From the IMG/VR virus record IMGVR_UViG_3300020044_002638, positions 1-36,074 of that record: a stretch of 36,074 nucleotides of DNA, one strand, 5' to 3'. This document shows positions 1-9,196 of the stretch, in pieces. This DNA is from a virus. Lineage: Duplodnaviria; Caudoviricetes. Below the pieces are notes generated by a model that worked only from the letters and a program-made list of their open reading frames with translations, searched no databases and was not told where the DNA came from. The translations under genes were made by a program, and so were the position numbers. Each line of letters starts with the position of its first letter. The first letter of the stretch is position 1.

Positions 1-361
1 CCCGGGCACCCACCTCGCGAGGACAACCCTCGCCGGACCCATCCTCTCCGGGCCTATCCTCGCCGCGGCCAACCTCGGCTGGGCCAACCTCGCCGGGGCC
101 AACCTCGCCGGGGCCAACCTTGACGGCAAAAAACTGATTGGAAATCGCCCAATTCTCATGATTGGCCCAATCGGCTCGCGCTACTCCTATTTCACGTCAT
201 ACATTACGGATGCGGGCGTGATGCTTCGTGCTGGATGCTTTTTTGGCACAGTCGAAGAATTTAAAGCAAAACTCATTCAAGAGCACGGCGAAAACAATCA
301 CCGACAAGAATACGAATCCGCACTTTCATTGATTGAGTGCCATCATCAAATCTGGAAATAA
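1..361 (+). CDS. Pentapeptide-repeat protein, C-terminal part (5' partial), with DUF5758-like C-terminal domain
   Basis: Frame from nt 2 is open: ...[38 protein letters not shown]...GCFFGTVEEF...; continues the gene starting at 35791. Confidence 0.85.
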   Translation, partial: PGTHLARTTLAGPILSGPILAAANLGWANLAGANLAGANLDGKKLIGNRPILMIGPIGSRYSYFTSYITDAGVMLRAGCFFGTVEEFKAKLIQEHGENNHRQEYESALSLIECHHQIWK

Positions 362-374
362 CCAAGGAGAAACC

Positions 375-1253
375 ATGTTCAAAAACGCCACCATTTACCG
401 CTATCAAATCGAATCATCATTGCCGCCAGACCTTGGTGACTTCACTCGATTCGTGCCATGCGGCGATCTGCAAGAAAAATCAGTCGGCTGGATTGAGCCT
501 CGCGGCCACAATCACGGGCCAATGGTCGAGATCGTCAACGGCGAGCGCATCGTCAAGCTGATGATTGAAACCAAAACAGTGCCAGGAAAAGTCCTGCGCG
601 ATGAGGTGGACAATCGCATTTATGAGATTGGACGCACGCAAGGCCGCAAGCCCGGAAAAAAGGAAATCCGCGAAATCAAAGAAGATGCCCGACTCGCCCT
701 GCTGCCCCAAGCCTTCCCAAAACAGACTTCCGTCTTGGCGTGGCTGCGCGACGATGGCCTGATGGTTGTTGACACGGCAAGCCAGTCGCGTGCTGACGAC
801 TTTGTTTCTGCGCTGATGGCTGCAATTCCAAGCCTGAAGCTGTATTTGTTTTCCACGGTGCAAAGTCCGCAAAGCATGATGACCAACTGGCTGCTTGGCG
901 ATCATGAAGAAGTGCCTTACGGTTTCAGCATTGGCCGCGATTGCCTGCTCGAGTCAATCGGCGAGGATGTGTCAAAGGTCAAATTCACGCATCACAATTT
1001 GGACTGCGATGATGTGCGCCGCCATGTGTCAGAAGGAAAGCTACCAACAGCGCTGAGCCTTGAATTTGAAGACAAAGCGCAATTCACTCTGACGGACTCC
1101 ATGCGCATCAAGAAAATCAACTTGCTGGACACTGGCGATGGCGAGCGCGGCGAAGATGCGTTTGATGCGGACGTTGCGATTTTTACGGGAACGTTTGGGC
1201 CACTGGTGGATTCGCTGGTCAAAGCATTGGGCGGCGAACATGAGACACGGTGA
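375..1253 (+). CDS. rdgC: Recombination-associated protein RdgC
   Basis: MFKNATIYR N-terminus, SVGWIEPRG, ALLPQAF, LVKALGGE C-terminus; AAGGAG RBS at 364-369. Confidence 0.92.
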   Translation: MFKNATIYRYQIESSLPPDLGDFTRFVPCGDLQEKSVGWIEPRGHNHGPMVEIVNGERIVKLMIETKTVPGKVLRDEVDNRIYEIGRTQGRKPGKKEIREIKEDARLALLPQAFPKQTSVLAWLRDDGLMVVDTASQSRADDFVSALMAAIPSLKLYLFSTVQSPQSMMTNWLLGDHEEVPYGFSIGRDCLLESIGEDVSKVKFTHHNLDCDDVRRHVSEGKLPTALSLEFEDKAQFTLTDSMRIKKINLLDTGDGERGEDAFDADVAIFTGTFGPLVDSLVKALGGEHETR

Positions 1254-1788
1254 CGGCGGAAAAGGCTCTGCGCCTAGGACATTCAGCGTGCCGCTTGAGA
1301 CATTTGGCAAAAACTTTGATGCGATTTTTAGGAAAAAACCAATGACCAATTTTGAACGTACCGCCAACTGGCTCAAGGCCTGCGGCAAAGAACCAACGCC
1401 AGAAAACCTATCGACACAGGCTGGCGTGCATATCGAGGAGTTCTGCGAGTTCTTGGCTTGCCTGCGAACTGATAGCGAAGGCTATGCCAAGCTGCTTGAC
1501 CGCACGCGGTTGGATTTGGAGTGGTTCGCCTCAAAGCTCAAGCGCGGCGAGCAATCGGTCTATATCCCAATCCACCTGCGCGTTGATGCTTTGGATGCGC
1601 TTTGCGATAGCGAGGTCACGGGCAATGGCGTTGCTTACCTTGCTGGGTTTGACAAGGATGCAGCCGATCAGGCAGTGCTTGATTCCAATGACTCAAAGCT
1701 GGAAAACGGCGTGGCCGTGATTCTTGATGGCGGCAAGATTGGCAAGGGAAAGGATTACAAGCCGCCAAACCTGCGCGGCTTCGTTTAA
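1240..1788 (+). CDS. MazG-like / PRA-PH all-alpha NTP pyrophosphohydrolase (alternative start 1342)
   Basis: IEEFCEF...LDALCD...SNDSK...GKIGKGKDYKPPNL motifs; in-frame 34-aa N-terminal GGKGSAPR segment. Confidence 0.8.
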   Translation: MRHGDGGKGSAPRTFSVPLETFGKNFDAIFRKKPMTNFERTANWLKACGKEPTPENLSTQAGVHIEEFCEFLACLRTDSEGYAKLLDRTRLDLEWFASKLKRGEQSVYIPIHLRVDALDALCDSEVTGNGVAYLAGFDKDAADQAVLDSNDSKLENGVAVILDGGKIGKGKDYKPPNLRGFV

Positions 1789-2219
1789 GCGAATGGCCGT
1801 GTCCCGGCCTTGTCAATGGTCAGCGCTTGATTTCGGGCAGGCGTTGATTCAGTGTTTGGCACGCTGATATGTGTCCATGACCAAAACTCGCAAATCACCT
1901 GGTCGAAGTTGATGCCGCTGGCGATGATCTTGCGCACCACTTGGTCAGGCGTCATGCCTGGCACACGAATATCAGCCGCGCAACCGATGCGGTGCTGGCT
2001 TGTGTCCTTGCTGCCAACGGCATCGTTGACTTGCTTGCCACGGTAGGCTGAGTTCACCAGCACTGGCTTGCCAAGTAATGCGCGGACTTGCTCGAGCAGG
2101 TCGGCCAAGCGCTTCAGGTTTGCAAGCTCTGACGGGCCTGGGGTGTTGTCCCAGCCATTGCGTGCGGCTGTCTCGCTGGCCGTCAATTCTTCAATCGTAA
2201 AGTTTGGTGTGACGTTCAC
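1785..2219 (-). CDS. Endolysin, peptidase M15A family (Zn D-Ala-D-Ala peptidase fold)
   Basis: NFTIEEL, SAYR...N.AVG...SQHRIGCAADI, WTHIS motifs; last gene of late operon. Confidence 0.9.
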   Translation of the reverse strand: MNVTPNFTIEELTASETAARNGWDNTPGPSELANLKRLADLLEQVRALLGKPVLVNSAYRGKQVNDAVGSKDTSQHRIGCAADIRVPGMTPDQVVRKIIASGINFDQVICEFWSWTHISVPNTESTPARNQALTIDKAGTRPFA

Positions 2220-2710
2220 TTTGCGCCCTTTGACATTGCAACGGTCTTGTCTTGCGAAGACTTAGAAGACCCAAAATAATAGGACAAAACCTGTTGCGCA
2301 CTTGCCGTCATGAATCCAAGCGCAAAAATAATGAGTTGCTGCTGCTCGGTTGGCACGACTTTGAAAAGCAAAATGCCGACGAACAGATACGTCAGCGCCA
2401 CCGTGCCAACCGCCAAGACCGGCATAACCAATTGAGCGATTGGACTGCCGCCAGCCGCAACAAGATTGACCTCACGTTGGCGTGCGCTGTCTCGATCTGC
2501 CGCCTCAGCTTGAAACTGCTTTAAGTCGATTTCCGCAAGTTTCTCAGCCGCTTGAGGGTCTTCCTGGATGGCTTGCGTGACCGCTTCAACAGTGTCTGCG
2601 ACACCCATTTTTTCAGCAATGGCCTTGACCACCAAGCCGCCAGCAGGGCCAACAGCAAGAGTAGCCAATGCTGGCGCAGCGGTTTTAAGAAGTGCCAATA
2701 AGTCATTCAT
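2216..2710 (-). CDS. Holin (GTA-holin / 3TM-like)
   Basis: DRDSARQRE, two hydrophobic helices, VLSYYFGSS motif; adjacent to endolysin. Confidence 0.75.
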   Translation of the reverse strand: MNDLLALLKTAAPALATLAVGPAGGLVVKAIAEKMGVADTVEAVTQAIQEDPQAAEKLAEIDLKQFQAEAADRDSARQREVNLVAAGGSPIAQLVMPVLAVGTVALTYLFVGILLFKVVPTEQQQLIIFALGFMTASAQQVLSYYFGSSKSSQDKTVAMSKGAK

Positions 2711-2722
2711 GGGATGCCCTTG

Positions 2723-3217
2723 TCATTTGCCGCACTGAACGGCTTTGCAATAAAAAACAATCTCAATGCCGATCCACATCAGCACAAAAAGAACGATTGA
2801 TGCCAGCGATACAGCCACAAACAAATCAAAGTTTTCGCGGCGCTTTTTCCTTGCTTGAATGGCCGCATCAGCCGCACGCCTGCGCTGCGCCTTGTCGTCT
2901 TCGTCCATTTGCTTTCGGCGGTTGACGATCTTCTCCCACACATCCATGTTGTGCGGGAAAAACAGTTGTTTGACCTGTTCCTCAAACTGGCGGGCATTTT
3001 CAATTGCCAACTCAAGCTCCACTGCCTTGCCCATGTTTGAGCCGCTAAACCCGCCTTTGTGGACTTCTTCCAAGACCTTGATGGCATCGGACTTGGCGTC
3101 AAAGTATTTGCCAAGCACAGGCCCAAGGCTGCGCACATCGTCAACGGTCTTTGCTGCCTTTTTGACGAGGTTGACGGCGGCTGATACCGCTGCAAGTGCG
3201 CTTAGTGGGTCAATCAT
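2723..3217 (-). CDS. Membrane-anchored coiled-coil protein in lysis cassette
   Basis: MIDPLSALAAVSAAV N-terminus, charged helix, C-terminal transmembrane segment; ATGA-coupled. Confidence 0.7.
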   Translation of the reverse strand: MIDPLSALAAVSAAVNLVKKAAKTVDDVRSLGPVLGKYFDAKSDAIKVLEEVHKGGFSGSNMGKAVELELAIENARQFEEQVKQLFFPHNMDVWEKIVNRRKQMDEDDKAQRRRAADAAIQARKKRRENFDLFVAVSLASIVLFVLMWIGIEIVFYCKAVQCGK

Positions 3218-3447
3218 TTGTCCTGCTTCGCGTCCAGCTTGTCAAATATCTTGCCAAGCATATCCTTCAACTCGCGCATATCCTCGCGGAAATCATCACG
3301 GGTGACGTAGGTCTTGGGCAGTTCCTCGCGCAGTTTTGCAAGGTCTGACTTCAGGTCTTTGACGGCAGACCAAAGCTCACGGGCAAACCATCCGATAGCA
3401 GTTGATGCAATGCCCAAAACGAAGTTGATGACTGTCTGAGGTTCCAT
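3214..3447 (-). CDS. Small single-TM coiled-coil protein (lysis-associated)
   Basis: N-terminal TM then LPKTYVTRDDF coiled coil; typical first gene of lysis cassettes. Confidence 0.7.
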   Translation of the reverse strand: MEPQTVINFVLGIASTAIGWFARELWSAVKDLKSDLAKLREELPKTYVTRDDFREDMRELKDMLGKIFDKLDAKQDK

Positions 3448-3767
3448 TACTCACCTGCAATTGAATAGCGTGCCTTGATGGCGTTGATCTTGTCAATCCA
3501 CTCTTGCTGCGTGGCCTCGCCTCGCTGCCACTTGAAATAGATTGGGTCTGACTCGTTGGCGTATGCAGAACGGCGAAGCTCTGCCGCTTGCTCTGGCGTG
3601 TACACCACCGGCGTGCCGCCTTCAATCTCGCATGGCGGCGCGATGGGGCCATATTGACCGGCGATGATTGCCTGGTACAAGTCGCCAGAATCAATGTAAA
3701 CAACAGCCTCTGCGGTGTCATGGCAGATTCCAATGTGTTCGTGGTTTGCCCAGCGGATGTTGTTCAT
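3447..3767 (-). CDS. Putative tail fibre assembly chaperone
   Basis: GQYGPIAP and LRRSAY.NESDP...W...I.AIKARY motifs; follows tail tip gene. Confidence 0.6.
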   Translation of the reverse strand: MNNIRWANHEHIGICHDTAEAVVYIDSGDLYQAIIAGQYGPIAPPCEIEGGTPVVYTPEQAAELRRSAYANESDPIYFKWQRGEATQQEWIDKINAIKARYSIAGE

Positions 3768-4348
3768 GGGTTTAAGTTGTCAAGCTGTGAGATGTATGCG
3801 ATGCGATTTGTGTATGCATCAGAGCCAGATACAGATGGGTTGCTGAAATATGTGAATATTCCAGATGCATTTACCCTAATGCGCCATTCAATTACATCTC
3901 CTGGAGCAATTGTTACGTCATTTGTTCTTTCTACTGGAGTTTCTGATTCTGATGTGTATTGCTGCACCAAAACATTATTTTTATACAGCGCCATATAAGT
4001 TGGCCCACCACCGCCGGTGGGAACTCCAGTATGCGATGCCTTAAATCGAAGACTCCCAGAATAATTTGCAATTGTGTATCTTTGCGCAACAACGTATGAG
4101 GTTGACCCTGTGTCAAACAGAAAAAAAACTGGATTGCTTCCAATTTGCGCATCGTATGTGTTTGCCGCGCTAACAGTCAAAACGGGCATTTCTTGGAGGC
4201 GCTTGACAGCCTTGCCGACAAATCTAGGCGCAGCCGCATCACCCTCAAACATGGCGATTGGGTTATCGCGCAATGCGAGGCCATCGATTGATCGAATCGG
4301 CTTGCCAGGCTCAAGGCTTGAGTTTGGAATTGTCGTGAATGTCGTCAT
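3764..4348 (-). CDS. Short tail fibre / tail tip protein
   Basis: N-terminal LRDNPIAMFEG..AAPR anchor, beta-rich C-terminus; position after hub gene. Confidence 0.6.
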   Translation of the reverse strand: MTTFTTIPNSSLEPGKPIRSIDGLALRDNPIAMFEGDAAAPRFVGKAVKRLQEMPVLTVSAANTYDAQIGSNPVFFLFDTGSTSYVVAQRYTIANYSGSLRFKASHTGVPTGGGGPTYMALYKNNVLVQQYTSESETPVERTNDVTIAPGDVIEWRIRVNASGIFTYFSNPSVSGSDAYTNRIAYISQLDNLNP

Positions 4349-4355
4349 TGGTTCC

Positions 4356-6071
4356 TCATTGCCATTCGTAGCCGCTTTCGCCGTCGATCAGGCCATCAGC
4401 GTCTGACCACCATGCGCCTTCAGCCTTTTCTTCATCGGTTGCCAAAGAGAAAATAGGCGCATCGTCGGCCATCCAGTAGGCGTATTTTGCCGTGAAATCG
4501 TAAGTCTGCAAAACGTACTTAATCACAGCGCCTGGTTGCACCTCTTGGGCGCTGATAACCTGGTATCGGCGAGTCAGTGGTAGGCCTTCAGTGTTTGTCT
4601 GAAGGCGTGAGCTAACGTCCACTACGTCAGCCGTCCAAGTGTTGCGGTCTTTCGCATCTACGCTGATCGTCAGATATAGCGGATCGTCACGATAGCGGGC
4701 CAGGATGCGGGTCGTAATAGCGATCACGATTGAGTCAGTGCGCACCCATCGAGAGTAGATTTTCTTGACGGCGCTCTCGTCGTATTCGCGGGCGCTCTCG
4801 GACTCGGCGTCAATCCTGATTCGGACTTTGCGGTAGTTGTCCTCAGCGTCCACCTTCTTGGATAAGTCGGATGGCTCGTAGTAGTACCAAAGCTGGCTCA
4901 CTCGCTCGTTTGGCGCGGTCTTGATAGACTGCGACCCGGCCAGAATGTTTGCATCCTCGTTGAATTGCACTGGAACTTCAGTTGGTGGCCGCACGGCACG
5001 CAAAAGGATTTTTTGCAGGCGCTCGTCCCACCAGATAAAGAATTGCGCATCCCGGCAAAGCTCGGCAAGCAGCGTGTTCAATCCTGTTGGTTCGCTGATA
5101 ACGCCAGACACAATGAAGCCATCCAGCCACTGCGCGGCCTCAGCAGTCCATTGCGTGGTGTCAATGTATCCAGCCGCCGATGGCGCGTATGTGTCAATCA
5201 GGTCTTTGGCGACTTCCCATGCGTTTTCGTTTGTGTAGCGCACGCAAGTCTGCACTCGGCTTTCGGCTTTGTGTTCTTTAGCCGCGCTGCCGTCTGTCGC
5301 CCTAGTGATGCCGGTGAACGTGATGATTCCTGCGGCCTCTGTGCGGCCAGTGTAGGTCATCAACTCGGACTCAATGCGCAGCGTGCCAGTTGCCGGATAA
5401 TCGGCCAAGACAGCGCTTGTCACGGTGATCGTTGTTTGGCTGTTGGTGATGTCGGCGCTCAGGTAGCCCTTGGACTGGATGGGCGCTTGGCTTGTCTTGT
5501 CATCCAGCAGGCGCAAAGGGTCAACAGCACGGACGGTGACGATGCCGTTTGAGTTAGGGCCATCAATGGAGTCGATCAGATATTCCCGCGTCACCATGTC
5601 GCCCGGGTCTTGGCCAATGTAGCCATCGCGGATGCGCAAGGCGCGGCCCTTGGCAATCGGCCAGCGGGCCTTTAGCTTTGTCCAGAACGTGCCATTTTCA
5701 AACGGGTTCAGTGATCGAGTGGCGACGTATGGGTCGGTCAGCGCGTCAGAATACGGATGATCTTCAAACGTAACAGTGGCCTGGGCGCGTTTACCCAGTG
5801 GGCCAGACGATGCGTCAACATCACCAACGTTCAATTCTGTTGGGCTTGTCGTGCTTGACCTGACCGATGGGATGGCATCCAGCGACATCGGAATGTCGGC
5901 TCGTGGCTTGGAAAACCTAATTGTCTGCGTTGTGACGGCAAAAACCGGCTTGATCTGGCAAGTCTGCCATGTGTTGTAGCATGGCGTGCCAGTGGCCGTG
6001 CAAAGTCCCACGCCATAGGTCAGGGAACAAACGTCCCTGTCGATCTCAACCAGCGTGATTGGGTCAGTCAT
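4356..6071 (-). CDS. Tail tip hub / central tail protein
   Basis: 571 aa, beta-rich, CYNTWQTC motif; two genes after tape measure; start reassigned to MTDPIT. Confidence 0.7.
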   Translation of the reverse strand: MTDPITLVEIDRDVCSLTYGVGLCTATGTPCYNTWQTCQIKPVFAVTTQTIRFSKPRADIPMSLDAIPSVRSSTTSPTELNVGDVDASSGPLGKRAQATVTFEDHPYSDALTDPYVATRSLNPFENGTFWTKLKARWPIAKGRALRIRDGYIGQDPGDMVTREYLIDSIDGPNSNGIVTVRAVDPLRLLDDKTSQAPIQSKGYLSADITNSQTTITVTSAVLADYPATGTLRIESELMTYTGRTEAAGIITFTGITRATDGSAAKEHKAESRVQTCVRYTNENAWEVAKDLIDTYAPSAAGYIDTTQWTAEAAQWLDGFIVSGVISEPTGLNTLLAELCRDAQFFIWWDERLQKILLRAVRPPTEVPVQFNEDANILAGSQSIKTAPNERVSQLWYYYEPSDLSKKVDAEDNYRKVRIRIDAESESAREYDESAVKKIYSRWVRTDSIVIAITTRILARYRDDPLYLTISVDAKDRNTWTADVVDVSSRLQTNTEGLPLTRRYQVISAQEVQPGAVIKYVLQTYDFTAKYAYWMADDAPIFSLATDEEKAEGAWWSDADGLIDGESGYEWQ

Positions 6072-6840
6072 TTGCGATCCCCGCCACTTTGAAGCCAACG
6101 CTCATGAAGTTGCGAGGCCCGGTGTTTGATGGCCTGATGTCTCCAGTCGTCCAAACAAATCCGACCTCTGCCGGGTATTGCTCTGGCCTCCATGCGTAGA
6201 AGAACGGCGACTCACGCGCAGCCTCGACGAATGGATCAAAGTTTGCCCTGTACCAATCGGCGGTCAGGTGCTGGTATTCGCACGACGTTTGCAGGCCTTT
6301 TCGGATGATTGACCGGCCCAAATACTGCCCTGTTTCGGATGTGTTTTGAGTTGTCTCGGTGATGCGTGAAAGCGTCAATGGCGTGTGGCCTTGGTATAGC
6401 TTGCGCTGCATGGCAAGGGCTGCACCGATGTAAACCACGGCAATGCTTGGCACTGCGCCAGTCACTTGGATGCGCCAGTATCTTGCCGTCACCGATTCAA
6501 ACAAAAACATTGCGACCCGGCCAGTCGGTGCGCCGCTGACTTGTGTTGTCCATGTGCTGTTGTCTGGGCTGCTTTGGACGTTGATTGTTGCGCCATTGAA
6601 GTCGCCGACCAAACCAAAGTAATCGCAAGCAACATCAGAGCCGTTGTCGATGGCCCATGTCGCTGGCACTGTTGATGGCTTCCAATACTCAAATGTTGTT
6701 GGGTACGTTGCAGCGATTGCAGGGTATCCCGTGGCCGCCGACGATGCCGTTGGCGTTTTGCCTTGCACAATGTTCTGGATGCCGATGCGGCTGTGCAAGA
6801 GGTCAGGCGTTGGCTCGTAGCCTGATTGGATGTAAATCAT
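6064..6840 (-). CDS. Distal tail protein with discoidin/CBM-like insert
   Basis: Directly after tape measure; VQSSPDNSTWT and TARYWRIQVT discoidin-like motifs; PFFYAWRP. Confidence 0.65.
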   Translation of the reverse strand: MIYIQSGYEPTPDLLHSRIGIQNIVQGKTPTASSAATGYPAIAATYPTTFEYWKPSTVPATWAIDNGSDVACDYFGLVGDFNGATINVQSSPDNSTWTTQVSGAPTGRVAMFLFESVTARYWRIQVTGAVPSIAVVYIGAALAMQRKLYQGHTPLTLSRITETTQNTSETGQYLGRSIIRKGLQTSCEYQHLTADWYRANFDPFVEAARESPFFYAWRPEQYPAEVGFVWTTGDIRPSNTGPRNFMSVGFKVAGIAND

Positions 6841-8669
6841 GACAAAACCACCTTTGATCCATTGCGCTGGGCTTCAATCAATTGGTCGATCAGCCCGCGC
6901 ACGCTGTCGCCGGTGAACATATCGCCAGCGCCGATGCCTTGAATTGTAATGACTTGACCAGCACCGGACGATCCTTGGCCTGCCTGCATGGCCGCTTGAC
7001 CTGTTGCCGCGGTGCTGCCGCTTGGTGCGTATGCCGTGCCGCCACCACCGCCGCCAAATGTCTGCGAACGGATCGCGTTAATTTGCGCACCAGTTGCGGC
7101 CACAGACAGTGCGGCCATTGCAGCACCACCGGCTGGGCCTCCCCACTTGCTGCCGAAGGCGTAAGCGTTCACGGCTGACTCGTATCCCTTAATGACGGCG
7201 TTTGCCAGCGATGCCGCTTTGTTGATCTCAAACATCTTGCGGTTTTCAGTGGCCGCAGCGCCCGTCATGCTCATCAATTCGCTAGCCACGGTCTTGGCCT
7301 GGTCTTTGTAGCTAAGGGCGTTCCATTTTTCCTGATCTGTCAGGCCTTTTTTGCGAATGGCAAGCATCCGGGCCTCATGTTCTTCGGCCATCCTCTCTTT
7401 GACGCCGTGATATTCGGCAATCATCTCAGGCTCGCGGATCAAGTATTCCTCAAGCAAAGCCAGTTTCTGCTCGTGCTTGAATTGCTCCTGATCCAATTCA
7501 GACAGCGTGGACAGCTTCAAGGCTTCGGCATTTCGAGCCAAGAAAGCCGTGCGCATATCTTCCTCACGCTTAAGCCTGTCTCGTTGCTCTTTTTCAGCCA
7601 TCGTCCAATCAATCAAGTCTCCAAGAGGATCGGCTGCATCCTTCTGCTCTTTTTGAGCCTTGGCGATTGATGGCGCACTGCGCGTTGGCTTTGGCAGTTC
7701 TTCAGGCTTTTGGTTCAGTGAGTTCTTGAATACCTCATCGGCTTCTTTGAAGGCCTTTTTTGCGGCCTCCAGCTTTGCCTTTGTCTCGGTGATGTTTTTC
7801 TCCAAGACCTCTGGATTGATGAACGGGTTTGAGCCTCTGGCCTGCAATGCCTTCAGGTCATTGTTCAGGCGAATCACATCATCGGCAAGGCTTGCAAGGC
7901 TTGCACGTTCTGCGCCTCGCTCAAGCGCGGAAAACAATGCGTTCAGATTTGCCAGAAGTGGCGTTGCGATGGCCTTGGCAACGCTGCTGGCGCGTGCATA
8001 CATACGATCAAGGTGATCGTTAAACTCAGCAGCTGCCTTGGCTGTGTTGGTGCTCAGTGTGTTTCCGAGTTTGTCAGACTCAAGCGCCAAAGCTCGAATT
8101 GATGCGCTGCCGCCGTTCAGCATTGGGATCAGTTCGGCACCAGAGCGGCCAAACAATTGAACGGCAAGCGCAGTCTTGTTTGCGCCGTCTTGGTATGTTG
8201 CAAATGCGTCCGCAACATCGTTCATCACATCAAGCTGTGAGCGCATTGAGCCATCGGCGTTTTCAATGTCAACACCAAGCGCACGGAAAGCCGCGGCAGA
8301 CTCATTGGCCGGGTCTTTGCTGTTCGCCATGTTGATGGACAGCTTTTGCAGCGATGCGGTCAATGTCTCGCTTGATGCGCCTGACATTTTCGCGGCCCAT
8401 TGCAAACGGGTAAGGTCTTCAACGCTCACGCCGATGCGCTGGCTCAATTCATCCAGCTTGTCTGCACTGTCGGCCAAGCCGCGCACCATGTTGACAGCAA
8501 ATGCAGCACCAGCCGCAATCGCCAATGGCGCAATGGTTTTTAGGTTCGATGCCAATCCATCCATTCGAGCATTGAAGTCGGATGTGGATTTCTCGGCGGA
8601 TTTCAGGCCAGCATCAAAGTCTGACGTATCAGCCGTGATCTGTACCGCCAGCTTTCCTATCGTTGCCAT
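6837..8669 (-). CDS. Tail tape measure protein
   Basis: 610-aa Ala-rich helical protein; LAVQITADTSDF N-terminus, ALAVQLFGRSG motif. Confidence 0.92.
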   Translation of the reverse strand: MATIGKLAVQITADTSDFDAGLKSAEKSTSDFNARMDGLASNLKTIAPLAIAAGAAFAVNMVRGLADSADKLDELSQRIGVSVEDLTRLQWAAKMSGASSETLTASLQKLSINMANSKDPANESAAAFRALGVDIENADGSMRSQLDVMNDVADAFATYQDGANKTALAVQLFGRSGAELIPMLNGGSASIRALALESDKLGNTLSTNTAKAAAEFNDHLDRMYARASSVAKAIATPLLANLNALFSALERGAERASLASLADDVIRLNNDLKALQARGSNPFINPEVLEKNITETKAKLEAAKKAFKEADEVFKNSLNQKPEELPKPTRSAPSIAKAQKEQKDAADPLGDLIDWTMAEKEQRDRLKREEDMRTAFLARNAEALKLSTLSELDQEQFKHEQKLALLEEYLIREPEMIAEYHGVKERMAEEHEARMLAIRKKGLTDQEKWNALSYKDQAKTVASELMSMTGAAATENRKMFEINKAASLANAVIKGYESAVNAYAFGSKWGGPAGGAAMAALSVAATGAQINAIRSQTFGGGGGGTAYAPSGSTAATGQAAMQAGQGSSGAGQVITIQGIGAGDMFTGDSVRGLIDQLIEAQRNGSKVVLS

Positions 8670-8900
8670 TTATTTCTCCAGCAAATCATAAAGCTCGGCA
8701 CAGTCGGCATCTGTCAGTCCACCGGCATAGTCAAGCTCCCTATCTCGTGGGCGCTTGGCTTCGTACACCAGCCACCATTCGGCTGGCGACATTTGCCAAA
8801 ACTCGGATGGCGACAGGCCCCACCCAATAGCGGCGACATAAAAGCCGCCCCAATCAACATCCGTCAGTTCGACGTTGGTTGTTGATTTTCTTTTTTTTTC
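8670..8900 (-). CDS. Tail assembly chaperone C-terminal extension (gpGT-like) reached by -1 frameshift
   Basis: -1 frame after GAAAAAAAAAG reads RKSTTNVELTDVDWGGFYVAAIGWGLSPSEFWQMSPAEWW...LLEK-stop, abutting the tape measure ATG. Confidence 0.85.
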   Translation of the reverse strand, partial: EKKRKSTTNVELTDVDWGGFYVAAIGWGLSPSEFWQMSPAEWWLVYEAKRPRDRELDYAGGLTDADCAELYDLLEK

Positions 8901-9196
8901 GGCTCAGGGAAAATCGCCATCAGGATTGAATCCCGCATTGCCAGCAAGGACTGGACGTCACCTGTCATCAACTCGCGGTAGATTTCATCATCCTCGACCC
9001 GCGCACCAGCAGCCCGCAAGAACTCGCCAACAACAAAGGCTAAGTGAGACAGCGGCGGCGCGTCAGTTGACAGGCCGCGCACCAGTCCAGCCAGGCTTAC
9101 CCGCTGCTCGATCTTGTTCAAAATCATCATGGTCGGCTTGACCGAATAGGCCTTGCCGTCCCATGACAATTCAACGTCCCTGAAGACTGCGCTCAT
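8864..9196 (-). CDS. Tail assembly chaperone (gpG-like)
   Basis: Between tail tube and tape measure genes; ends in PEPKKK slippery site. Confidence 0.85.
   Translation of the reverse strand: MSAVFRDVELSWDGKAYSVKPTMMILNKIEQRVSLAGLVRGLSTDAPPLSHLAFVVGEFLRAAGARVEDDEIYRELMTGDVQSLLAMRDSILMAIFPEPKKKENQQPTSN

Noticed and set aside
1-67. Degenerate repeat copies as a diversity-generating retroelement variable region
   Set aside because: Changes hit G and C as well as A, no reverse transcriptase is present, and divergence is confined to the contig edge; low-quality end sequence is more likely
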